Of a stretch of 15,714 bases of DNA, positions 7,761 through 15,714 are shown piece after piece. The position numbers and the translations under genes were made by a program. How positions within the stretch are numbered: the stretch's first letter is position 1; the number at the start of each line of letters is the position of its first letter. Origin of the DNA: Candidatus Hodarchaeota archaeon (GTDB lineage Archaea; Asgardarchaeota; Heimdallarchaeia; Hodarchaeales; Hodarchaeaceae). The stretch spans positions 1 to 15,714 of the forward strand of contig JAEOTC010000197.1 in NCBI GenBank assembly GCA_016840035.1, written 5' to 3'. The notes beneath the pieces are model-generated. The model searched no databases and had not been told where the DNA came from. It saw only the letters and a program-made list of their open reading frames with translations.

Positions 7761-9125
7761 GTGATATTTATGAAGAAAGTATTAATTTTTGGTGCAGGAA
7801 TGGTTGCTGGTCCTCCTGTAAAGTATTTGTTAGAAAGAGAGTTTCAGGTAATTGTAGCCAGTCGTACACTACAAAAAGCCGAAGCATTGATTAATGATCA
7901 TCCTAACGGTATAGCGAAAGCTTTCGATATTACTCAAGCTACCGATGAGGAGCTTGAGACACTAGTTAAGGAATGTGATTTAGCTGTAAGCCTTCTACCA
8001 TATATTTATCATGTGAAAGTAGCAAAAGCTTGCATTAAACATAGAAAACATATGGTAACTACTTCATATGTGAGTCCAGAGATGAAAGCACTGGATACTG
8101 AAGCAAAAAATGCATCTGTTACGATATTAAATGAAATTGGAGTGGATCCAGGAATAGACCATATGTCAGCTCAGAAAATTATTGATGCAATCCATGATAA
8201 AGGAGGCAAAATACATTCCTTCACTTCCTACACAGGCGGATTACCTGCCCCAGATGCTAATAATAATCCCTGGGGATATAAACTATCATGGTCTCCTCGC
8301 GGAGTAATCTTAGCTGGACGTAATTCTGCTAAGTATCTAAAGAATGGGGAAGTGGTCGAGATTCCAGGTGAAGATTTATTTGATCATTATCTTCCATTTC
8401 CAGTACATGAAAAAGGACCTGGAGATTCTGAAGAACTCGGTTTATTAGAGGGATACCCTAATAGGAACTCAATTGAACCATATATTGACGTTTATGGTAT
8501 TCCTGAAACTAAAACAATGATTCGTGGAACTTTAAGAAATCCTGGGTGGTGTAATACTATGAAGAAGATAGCTGATATTGGTTATCTGAATTTAGAAGAG
8601 GAAGATTTTCCTTCAGGATTCACGTATGGACAATTGATAAATAAACTGCTTGATAAACCACTAGATTCAAATTCTAAAGAAAACTTAATGGCAAAGTTTG
8701 GTTTAGATTCCTCTGACGATGTCATCAAACGATTTGAATGGATGGGTTTACTAGGAGATGATACACTTCCAAAAACGAAGATCTCACCTCTTGATGCGTT
8801 ATGTTATCAATTTGAAGAGCACCTCCAATATGCTTCGGGTGAAAGGGACATGCTTGTGATGGTACATCAATTTGAGTATGCTACGGCGGACTCTAGCAAA
8901 GAGAAAATTACCTCAACGATGATTGATTATGGAATTCCGAATGGAGATACCTCCATGTCTCGAACTGTTGGCTTACCAGCAGCTATTGGAGTGCGGATGA
9001 TTTTAGATGGAACAATATCTGATCGTGGGGTATTAGTGCCTGTCAAAAAATCAATATATGAACCAGTTTTGAAAGAACTAGAAGAAATGAACATTGGTTT
9101 TAATGAAAAATTGGAGAAATTATAA
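7761..9125 (+). CDS. Saccharopine dehydrogenase (glutamate-forming)/saccharopine reductase, Lys9/AASS C-terminal domain type; probable start ATG 7770
   Basis: KKVLIFGAGMVA Rossmann motif, VSLLPY..H, MVTTSYVS, NEIGVDPGIDHM, SYTGGLPAP..NNNP.GYK.SWSPRG, YPNRNS, RGTLR, MSRTVGLPAAI. Confidence 0.93.
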   Translation: MIFMKKVLIFGAGMVAGPPVKYLLEREFQVIVASRTLQKAEALINDHPNGIAKAFDITQATDEELETLVKECDLAVSLLPYIYHVKVAKACIKHRKHMVTTSYVSPEMKALDTEAKNASVTILNEIGVDPGIDHMSAQKIIDAIHDKGGKIHSFTSYTGGLPAPDANNNPWGYKLSWSPRGVILAGRNSAKYLKNGEVVEIPGEDLFDHYLPFPVHEKGPGDSEELGLLEGYPNRNSIEPYIDVYGIPETKTMIRGTLRNPGWCNTMKKIADIGYLNLEEEDFPSGFTYGQLINKLLDKPLDSNSKENLMAKFGLDSSDDVIKRFEWMGLLGDDTLPKTKISPLDALCYQFEEHLQYASGERDMLVMVHQFEYATADSSKEKITSTMIDYGIPNGDTSMSRTVGLPAAIGVRMILDGTISDRGVLVPVKKSIYEPVLKELEEMNIGFNEKLEKL

Positions 9126-9145
9126 ACCTCTCGAATTTTTCCTTT

Positions 9146-9979
9146 CTATTTTTGTTTTAAATCACAGTATGTTGCGTAAATTGTCGTATCTTCCATAAAA
9201 CCTAATTTTTTATAAAGTTGAATAGCCGCATCATTAGATGATTCAACCCAGAGATAAATCTCTCTGATTAATCTGTCTATTAAGATTTCCTGACATAGTT
9301 TCGTCAATGTTTTATGTGAATATCCTTGTTTGCGTTCTAGAAGCCTAGTTTCAATACCCCTGACAATTGCAAATGAATGTGTTTCATTGTGTAACAGATG
9401 AGGTGCTGCGGCAAAACTGACAATGTCGTCATCTTTGAGATACCCATAAGCAATTCCTTCAGACAAATGCCTGTATCGTTTAGGAACTTTGATACGCTCA
9501 TGGGGGAAGCGTACGACAGAATGAAGGTCACTCCATCCTGGAGTGAATGTCTCAGTTGAAATTTTCAAGGTAATGTATGTATTATAGTTCGGTGTTTTTT
9601 CATTTGTCTCTAGAGATCTAAAATTTGTAAATCGCTGTTGGATACTAGGCCACAGGTTCTTATCATGGAACATTAACACAATATTCGTATCGAACCAACG
9701 AATCTGTTTCATTAAGGACCAGATATTATCACTCGAGAGGTGGTACTTGTTTTCATAGTGAACAATATAATCAAAGGGGTTCAGAGAATAAACATATTCG
9801 ACTTCCTCGCGTTTTTCACTTAGATACCAGTGTAAATAACATGTTTGCGACAAAGATTCTTGGTTCAGATATGAAAGAAATTTTTGATATCTCTTATTAT
9901 GGGAACTAGCAAATGGACGACGTAGTCGATCCCTGACCACATTATTAACCTCGAAATCCGTACTCAATCTTTGATACAT
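9146..9979 (-). CDS. GNAT-family N-acetyltransferase (C-terminal GNAT domain)
   Basis: VRGIETRLLERKQGYS (acetyl-CoA motif A, R/QxxGxG/A-like) and LWVESSNDAAIQLYKKLGF. Confidence 0.85.
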   Translation of the reverse strand: MYQRLSTDFEVNNVVRDRLRRPFASSHNKRYQKFLSYLNQESLSQTCYLHWYLSEKREEVEYVYSLNPFDYIVHYENKYHLSSDNIWSLMKQIRWFDTNIVLMFHDKNLWPSIQQRFTNFRSLETNEKTPNYNTYITLKISTETFTPGWSDLHSVVRFPHERIKVPKRYRHLSEGIAYGYLKDDDIVSFAAAPHLLHNETHSFAIVRGIETRLLERKQGYSHKTLTKLCQEILIDRLIREIYLWVESSNDAAIQLYKKLGFMEDTTIYATYCDLKQK

Positions 9980-9996
9980 TTATGAGTATTAATACT

Positions 9997-10887
9997 TCAC
10001 CCATCAAAGACTTTAGCCTTTTTGTTATTCTTCTCTGAAAGGGGATGACCGAGATCGTAGGATTTTCGTAAATGCTCCAAACTTACATGGGTGTACAATT
10101 GAGTTGTTGAGAGTGAGGCGTGTCCAAGTAGTTCTTGGATTACTCGAATGTCAACTGCATTAGCGAGTAAATGAGTGGCAAAAGCATGTCTCAAAGTATG
10201 AGGGGTAAGTTTCTTATCTTGTAAGTTGGCTTGCTCCCGATATTTCTTCACTAAGCGTTGGATAGATCGCGAGGTTAATCTATTCCCAGAACGATTCAAT
10301 ATCAAAGCAGAAGAGGAAGAATCATTACGTCTTTTCTCCAAATACTCCTCTAAGATTGGGATAAGAACATCAGGAAGAGGGATTAACCGATCTTTATTTC
10401 CTTTACCTCCAACGATTCTTAGCATACGACTATCCAGATCTATGCAATCAATGTCTAGGTTACTGAGTTCTGAGACACGCATTCCAGTCCCGTAAAGAAG
10501 AAACAGAATTGTTCGGTCTCGTAAATTATCAGGAGTCTTTAAAAGATGTAATGTTTCCTCTACAGAAATTGTTTTAGGAAGACTCTTTGGAATTTTGGGT
10601 GATTCTATATTTTCGGCTGGATTAGCAGATATATATGCTTCTTTTTTCAGAAATTTGTAGAATGACTTTAATGAGCAAATTTTTCTGTGTAAACTCCGTG
10701 GGGAGTATTGTTTATTTCGTTTTAGGTGTAAAAAGAATCGACGTAAATCGGTTGTGGTTCTCAATTCTATAGATCGTTCATTATTAAAATTATTGAACAT
10801 TTGAAGGTCATAAGCGTATTCTCGAATTGTCTTCGGTGAATATCCCTTTTCTACTTCGAGCCAGACCAAGTAATCTTGAATTAGCAT
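9997..10887 (-). CDS. xerA: Tyrosine recombinase XerA/XerC-XerD type
   Basis: N-terminal SAM-like domain (EKGYSPKTIREYAYDL; RKICSLKSFYKFL) and catalytic R-K-H-R-H-Y residues: GMRVSEL, GKGNKDR, TPHTLRHAFATHLL, IQELLGHASLSTTQLYTHV. Confidence 0.92.
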   Translation of the reverse strand: MLIQDYLVWLEVEKGYSPKTIREYAYDLQMFNNFNNERSIELRTTTDLRRFFLHLKRNKQYSPRSLHRKICSLKSFYKFLKKEAYISANPAENIESPKIPKSLPKTISVEETLHLLKTPDNLRDRTILFLLYGTGMRVSELSNLDIDCIDLDSRMLRIVGGKGNKDRLIPLPDVLIPILEEYLEKRRNDSSSSALILNRSGNRLTSRSIQRLVKKYREQANLQDKKLTPHTLRHAFATHLLANAVDIRVIQELLGHASLSTTQLYTHVSLEHLRKSYDLGHPLSEKNNKKAKVFDG

Positions 10888-10962
10888 AGTCTAGCTATTT
10901 GACGACATCCATTTTATTCCCCGATAGTACCCAGAGAATATGATTTCGACAGAAAAAATGCT

Positions 10963-11478
10963 CTATTCATAGATTCTGTTTACCAGATTTGCTTTCCCCA
11001 GCTCTTCATCATAATGAATCAATTCTGCCCGATGAAGTTCATGAAGTGAATGGAGAACGATTGCAGCGGAGAAACCAGTAGTTTTTGTCAGCTCCTCACG
11101 AGTCATCTCCGATTTATCTCCGTGTAATAAGTAAAGAATCTTAGCATGCGGTTTTCCAGTAAATACTTTTTCTAATAGGGTGATATAAATTCCTAATAAT
11201 TGTTTAATATCTAATGAGGTTTCCTGTTGCCCAGAAAGTTCTGTAAATAACTCGGAGATCTTTTTAAATTCTGTTTCAAGTGAAATATATTCAAACTCCA
11301 ACTGTTGTTTCTGGATATTTGCCTGATTCAATTTCTCTTCTCGTTCCCGTAGAGCGTTTTCTTTCTCTTCTAATTCCCTCTGAGAGTTGCTTAATCTGTT
11401 TTCCATTGAAACGATTGTATTTTTTACTCGTTCAATTGTGGGAATGATCTCTTCTATCTTTAGGGGGTCATCTTCCAT
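10963..11478 (-). CDS. Coiled-coil protein with a C-terminal winged helix-turn-helix
   Basis: Heptad-rich E/Q/K/L segment (aa ~10-85), then HAKILYLLH..KSEMTREELTKTTGFSAAIVLHSLHELHRAELIHYDE...L (wHTH pattern). Confidence 0.75.
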   Translation of the reverse strand: MEDDPLKIEEIIPTIERVKNTIVSMENRLSNSQRELEEKENALREREEKLNQANIQKQQLEFEYISLETEFKKISELFTELSGQQETSLDIKQLLGIYITLLEKVFTGKPHAKILYLLHGDKSEMTREELTKTTGFSAAIVLHSLHELHRAELIHYDEELGKANLVNRIYE

Positions 11479-11563
11479 ATTTTAATCCACCACTTTAACA
11501 GTATAACCGATTTTTTTCTAAAAATCTAATTATTAATTTTATGGTTGAGATAATAGGGTTAAG

Positions 11564-11586
11564 AAAACTTCGTGATAAGAAGTTTT
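11564..11586. repeat. Inverted repeat AAAACTTC-N7-GAAGTTTT
   Basis: Perfect 8-bp arms between the stop of the 11604 gene and the start of the wHTH-xerA-GNAT run. Confidence 0.45.
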
Positions 11587-11603
11587 ACTAAATTATTATT
11601 TCT

Positions 11604-12536
11604 TCAATATGGATTAAAAAGGATTAAATATCCTGGTACATTAAAAAAGTGTGGTAATGCATGAATAGGTTCTTCTTCCCAAACTCTACGAGTTGGATTA
11701 TGGACTAAAATAGATTCTGAATAGTTCCACGAGTGTTTCATCTCATTTGTTAATTCAACAACTGCCCTATTTGACTTATCACTAAGATTATAAAATCTAG
11801 CTAGCTTATAAAGCGAAATAAACAAAATCTCAACACTAAAAGTGGTTAATACTTTTTCAACCTCATGTAGAATTAAATCTTTAATTTCATTCAGATTAGC
11901 ATCCATATCAGGCCATTCTGGGGTAAAAATTTGCCTGTATTCAATGAAATCGCCAATATTTAGGCGAGAGATGTTAAAATTCTTGGGAAAGAAATCATTT
12001 GGATCTTTAACTACACCTGATGCTATCTTACGCTCAGAAGGAAAATCATTACCCAGTTCTAAAGACAATTCACTTGTAGCGGGTAGAAAGCTTGTACACG
12101 CATCTATATCAGGACCCTGAATTGAAGTCGGGTGGGAATTTTTGTCTGTTAGTAAAGAGTACTGCTGAAAGGGTTCAAAATCCTCTTTTATTGTTTGAGA
12201 CATAAATCGTAGTTTTGGTAATTCCGTAAAATCAAGATTAGTTCCAATTACGGAGAGATTCAGTTTTTTTGCGACGGGAAAAAAGAACTGAGCGGAATTC
12301 AGTGCCGTGGCACCGTCACAAATGAAGATCGTGTCTAAAGAGCACAAAAATTCTTTCTCTACATGAAACTCTTCAGTATATTTACGAGAAATAACGGAAT
12401 ACCGTGGAAAACCTAGAAATTCTCTGTAAAGCTTATGCTTATGTGTCCTAAAGAAAGTATAATCAGGCATACAGAGTAATTTTCTCTTTTCGGAAGAGGA
12501 AAAAATGCCTTGATCAATTAAGAGAGTTTCTAACAA
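11604..12536 (-). CDS. Hypothetical protein (weak hint of a degenerate Rossmann/SAM-methyltransferase-like fold)
   Basis: 310-codon ORF with a TTG start fills the gap between neighbours. IFICDGATA...VIGTNL only loosely resembles MTase motifs I/II. Confidence 0.65.
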   Translation of the reverse strand: MLETLLIDQGIFSSSEKRKLLCMPDYTFFRTHKHKLYREFLGFPRYSVISRKYTEEFHVEKEFLCSLDTIFICDGATALNSAQFFFPVAKKLNLSVIGTNLDFTELPKLRFMSQTIKEDFEPFQQYSLLTDKNSHPTSIQGPDIDACTSFLPATSELSLELGNDFPSERKIASGVVKDPNDFFPKNFNISRLNIGDFIEYRQIFTPEWPDMDANLNEIKDLILHEVEKVLTTFSVEILFISLYKLARFYNLSDKSNRAVVELTNEMKHSWNYSESILVHNPTRRVWEEEPIHALPHFFNVPGYLILFNPY

Positions 12537-12676
12537 AGTATGTCAGTTAATTCTCTGACTTTATTTAAATTCTTTTAGATCAATTTAGAGAGGGAATTGA
12601 TTTTTACGATGAATCTATCTCCCAGTTAGAGGTAATCTCGACCGTATTTAATCCGATAATACTGAGGGTCTTCTGA

Positions 12677-13690
12677 TTGAACAACTATGACTTAGAATTA
12701 AATCGAATTCTTCAAAAGATTAGAGAGAATAACTATAATTCCGTATTAGTACAATTTCCAGAAGGGATGTTAGATAAACCTCTCAGTAAAGTAAAGGAAT
12801 TTCTTTCTAAAGAAAATATTGAGGTTTTTGTTGTGGGAGATCCAAGTTATGGAGTCTGTGACTTGGCTGTAGACCTCGCGAAGAAACTTAGATGTGATTT
12901 ACTAATCCATTTTGGTCATTCAGATTTTGGATTTAGTCATCAAATAAGCTTAGCCAAAACGGAGTCAGTGGATATTATTCTAGTTCCTGCTTACTATAAT
13001 CCTCCACAGGAACCAGATTTGAATTTGATTCTCAATGAAATTAAGAAATACGGTTGGAAAACCATTGGTTTAGCTGCAACTGTTCAACATATGAGAACTT
13101 TAGAAAAACTTGAGCAGGACCTGAATGAAAATACGTTTAAATCAATTAGATATGATTCAGGTCAGGTAATTGGGTGTAATGTTACTACACTTCAGAAGGG
13201 AAGCAAAGAATGTGATGGATTTGTTAGTCTTCATGCGGGATTTTTCCATACACATGGAATTTTGTTGAATACAAAAAACCCACTAATCCAATACAATCCC
13301 TATACTACCGAAATTACAATCTATTCAGAGGAAGATCGAAAAAAAGCAATTCAACAGCGGTTTACAGTACTTTCCAGTGCAAAAAAGGCAATTAAATGGG
13401 GCATTCTTGGAAGTCCCAAACTAGGTCAACTTAATCAAAATTTTATATCAAGAGCTCATTTAATATTCACAGAAAATAATATAGATGCCTTAACAGTCAT
13501 TGCGGAGAATATTAATCCTCATATGGTAGCAAACTTTAGTGAAATTGATGCATGGGTAGTAACTGCATGTCCACGAATTGCGATAGATGATAAAATTAAT
13601 TATACAAAGCCTATTATCACGTTTAAAGAATTTTTATATCTTTTTGATTATCTAAACTGGGAAGATTTATTGGAACACGGTTTCTTCTAG
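12677..13690 (+). CDS. dph2: 2-(3-amino-3-carboxypropyl)histidine synthase (diphthamide biosynthesis Dph2/Dph1 family)
   Basis: VLVQFPEGM, DPSYGVCD, LIHFGHS, TVQH, GQVIGCN, FH, K.GQ, VVTACPRIAIDD. All three Fe-S cysteines are present. Confidence 0.93.
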   Translation: MNNYDLELNRILQKIRENNYNSVLVQFPEGMLDKPLSKVKEFLSKENIEVFVVGDPSYGVCDLAVDLAKKLRCDLLIHFGHSDFGFSHQISLAKTESVDIILVPAYYNPPQEPDLNLILNEIKKYGWKTIGLAATVQHMRTLEKLEQDLNENTFKSIRYDSGQVIGCNVTTLQKGSKECDGFVSLHAGFFHTHGILLNTKNPLIQYNPYTTEITIYSEEDRKKAIQQRFTVLSSAKKAIKWGILGSPKLGQLNQNFISRAHLIFTENNIDALTVIAENINPHMVANFSEIDAWVVTACPRIAIDDKINYTKPIITFKEFLYLFDYLNWEDLLEHGFF

Positions 13691-13820
13691 TTTTTTTCAA
13701 CTAGGTATCAAAAGATTGATCCTCGGATTGTTTTACTAGATCTATTTTTATATCGTGATGCTACATACTATATGTGTAATCGTTAGAATGAGAATAAACT
13801 GAAGCTGGAGATCGGAAGAT

Positions 13821-14774
13821 TTGACGGAAATACCAATAAGTGAGCTTTCTACCCTCAAATCGAAGAAAGACAAAATCATTCATCTGAAGTCAGAATCTCT
13901 TCGCGGATCCGATTTACTTATCATTCTTTCTGATGAGGGAGGGTTACCTGTTTATACGAAGTTCGTTCAAGTGAATGAATATGGTGATGTCACGTACAAG
14001 GATACTCCATCTACACGAGCTAGTAACGAAAACATTGTATTAGTTTCTGGTTTACTTGAAGCCATTATTCAACTTAAAGACATAATCAGACCAACCCTCA
14101 CAGAGCTAACTAGTAAACCAAATACCCCGATTTATGTCGACTATGCAAAAGCAGAGAATGGAATAAGCCTACTGTCAATGTCGACGACTCCAGAATTTCA
14201 GCAACTACCAGGCCACTTATTGAGTCAGTATGTACCTTTTCAATCTGGTACTAATTTCTCTGTTTCGGATTCTTGGGAAGAAAATTTTGAAGAAGCGATA
14301 GAGAGTCCATTAGGTGAGGATGCAGCTATTTACAAGCATATCCTCGGTAAAATCAAATTAGATTTAGCTGATTTTATATCTTTCATTCTGGTTTATGACT
14401 CCGAAGGTAATTATCTATTTTCTACAGCAAAGCAGCAGGAATTAAAGGGAGTAACAGACCCATTATTGAATTCAATCTCTCAATACATAAAGAGAGAATA
14501 TTTATTGCAGAAATATCGGGAAAATCTCACATTAATCGGAGCAAAACGACTCCATGATTCAGTGATTTGGCATTTCAAGTGTTTTGATAAGATTTTTGTG
14601 TTTTTTACATATCTTATTCCTGATCTTTATGATTTTGATACCCTAAAAACTGAAATGATCACTTTCATCACAAATAACTTAGAAAAGTTCATTAAAGCGA
14701 CTAAATTATACTCTTCACCCCCTGGATCCATTTCTAGTAATATTAAGACGACTCGTTTTACATTTTTGTCTTAA
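13821..14774 (+). CDS. Putative tandem longin/roadblock-like domain protein
   Basis: Two repeats of hydrophobic strand-turn-G-strand then helix: LLIILSDEGGLPVYTK...LVSGLLEAIIQL and FILVYDSEGNYLFST...PLLNSISQYI. Each is followed by beta strands and a helix. Confidence 0.55.
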   Translation: MTEIPISELSTLKSKKDKIIHLKSESLRGSDLLIILSDEGGLPVYTKFVQVNEYGDVTYKDTPSTRASNENIVLVSGLLEAIIQLKDIIRPTLTELTSKPNTPIYVDYAKAENGISLLSMSTTPEFQQLPGHLLSQYVPFQSGTNFSVSDSWEENFEEAIESPLGEDAAIYKHILGKIKLDLADFISFILVYDSEGNYLFSTAKQQELKGVTDPLLNSISQYIKREYLLQKYRENLTLIGAKRLHDSVIWHFKCFDKIFVFFTYLIPDLYDFDTLKTEMITFITNNLEKFIKATKLYSSPPGSISSNIKTTRFTFLS

Positions 14775-14875
14775 ACGATAGATATTGTGAAATTCGCAAG
14801 CTGAGAAATATTTTTAATGATGTAACGTCTTAATACAGAGTAATACTTCTAGAATGCGAAAAGAAATGAATTAGA

Positions 14876-15670
14876 ATGTCAAGTGAAAGATTAGATGATC
14901 CCAAAGTAGAATTTGCTAAGTCAGGACGCTCAACATGTCGTGGTTGCCATGAAAAAATCCCTAAGGATATACCTCGGATTGGAATTCCGTCCCCATTTAC
15001 AACACCCAAAGGAGAGGTGATCACCTCTTATCGATATTATCACGTAAAATGTACCCCACGTAATGAAGTTCCAAGTGTAGTTAATTATTTAACCACCAAT
15101 ACTCTTGATTCTTCAGATTTACAACAAGATACTTTAGCCATCCTGAATGAAATGTTGAAAGGAAAGTCATCAGAGGGGTCTTCGTCTGAACAACCCATTC
15201 AGAATCCCTTTCTGGAGTATGCAAAAAGTTCGCGTGGTAAATGCCAAGAATGCGAGGAAAAAATTGAGAAGGGAACAATTCGTGCTGCTCAACCTACAAT
15301 AATTGAATTAGATGATGGTAGGAAATTTGTGTCACAAAAATATGCACATATCGATTGTTTCCTTAACAAAGCTAGAGATCCCAAAGATATGCTAGAAAAA
15401 CTCTTTAAAATATCCCTCGAAAAGAAGACGATTTCTGAAGATGAGGAAGATCAAATACGTGTGAATTTTAGTGATCTAGATCAAAAATCTACTGGAGTAG
15501 ATGATATCATTGCCACTATTGGAAATGAACCAGTTGAGATAACGCAATTACGTGACCTATCAAAAGAACAAGGTGTAGATTATAAAATAGTCCAAAAAGC
15601 TATTGATAGAGGTTTAATGAGAGGGGAGTATTTTATGCCTACACCTGATACGGTGCAAAAATTGGATTAA
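14876..15670 (+). CDS. Tandem PARP-type zinc finger (2x zf-PARP) protein with a C-terminal winged helix; no catalytic domain
   Basis: VEFAKSGRSTCRGC...RIG...YYHVKC (C21,C24,H56,C59) and LEYAKSSRGKCQEC...IR...YAHIDCF (C123,C126,H158,C161). C-terminal VEITQLRDLSKEQGVDYKIVQKAIDRGLMRGEYFMPTPDTVQKL. Confidence 0.88.
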   Translation: MSSERLDDPKVEFAKSGRSTCRGCHEKIPKDIPRIGIPSPFTTPKGEVITSYRYYHVKCTPRNEVPSVVNYLTTNTLDSSDLQQDTLAILNEMLKGKSSEGSSSEQPIQNPFLEYAKSSRGKCQECEEKIEKGTIRAAQPTIIELDDGRKFVSQKYAHIDCFLNKARDPKDMLEKLFKISLEKKTISEDEEDQIRVNFSDLDQKSTGVDDIIATIGNEPVEITQLRDLSKEQGVDYKIVQKAIDRGLMRGEYFMPTPDTVQKLD

Positions 15671-15714
15671 TGAGTGGATGTAAATTCTTATCAGTCTATA
15701 AAACTGACATTCGG

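Noticed and set aside
7740-7775. Possible frameshift or readthrough fusing LKR and SDH into a single AASS
   Set aside because: The frames differ, the SDH frame has a TAG at 7746-7748, there is no cognate slippery site, and SDH has its own start.
9997-10887. Integrase of a provirus or genomic island
   Set aside because: The protein has Xer-like length and motifs; I saw no adjacent tRNA, att repeats or viral/plasmid genes.
11564-11586. dif site for XerA
   Set aside because: It has 8-bp arms and a 7-nt spacer, lacking the 11-6-11 TAA-N6-TTA architecture of known dif sites.
12677-15670. ADP-ribosylation theme linking dph2 (diphthamide is a toxin ART target) and the PARP-finger gene
   Set aside because: There is no ART domain in the window, the genes are separated by 100-130 bp gaps with a T-run after dph2, and the link is probably coincidental.

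Overview
AT-rich archaeal chromosomal window, most likely from an Asgard archaeon. An Arf-family GTPase-longin fusion, a uDENN/longin protein, a putative di-longin protein and an intact Dph2 together suggest Heimdallarchaeia/Hodarchaeales (inference). It holds 15 probable CDSs: the 3' part of an FGGY sugar kinase, the Arf-like GTPase with a C-terminal longin-like domain, a divergently transcribed uDENN-like protein, an MFS transporter, an orphan beta-class DNA methyltransferase, a single-OB SSB, an LKR + SDH gene pair (split AASS), a GNAT, XerA, a coiled-coil/wHTH protein, a hypothetical protein, Dph2, a tandem longin/roadblock-like protein and a PARP1-like tandem zinc-finger protein. Three observations stand out. 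First, a 264-aa protein reproduces the PARP1 Zn1-Zn2 DNA-break-sensor pair almost in register and is fused to an MCM/RPA-like winged helix instead of a catalytic domain. Second, an Arf-longin gene and a uDENN gene sit head-to-head, resembling a primordial GTPase-regulator module. Third, a ~115-nt nested hairpin lies in the SSB leader. All family assignments come from motif recognition by eye; no searches were run.
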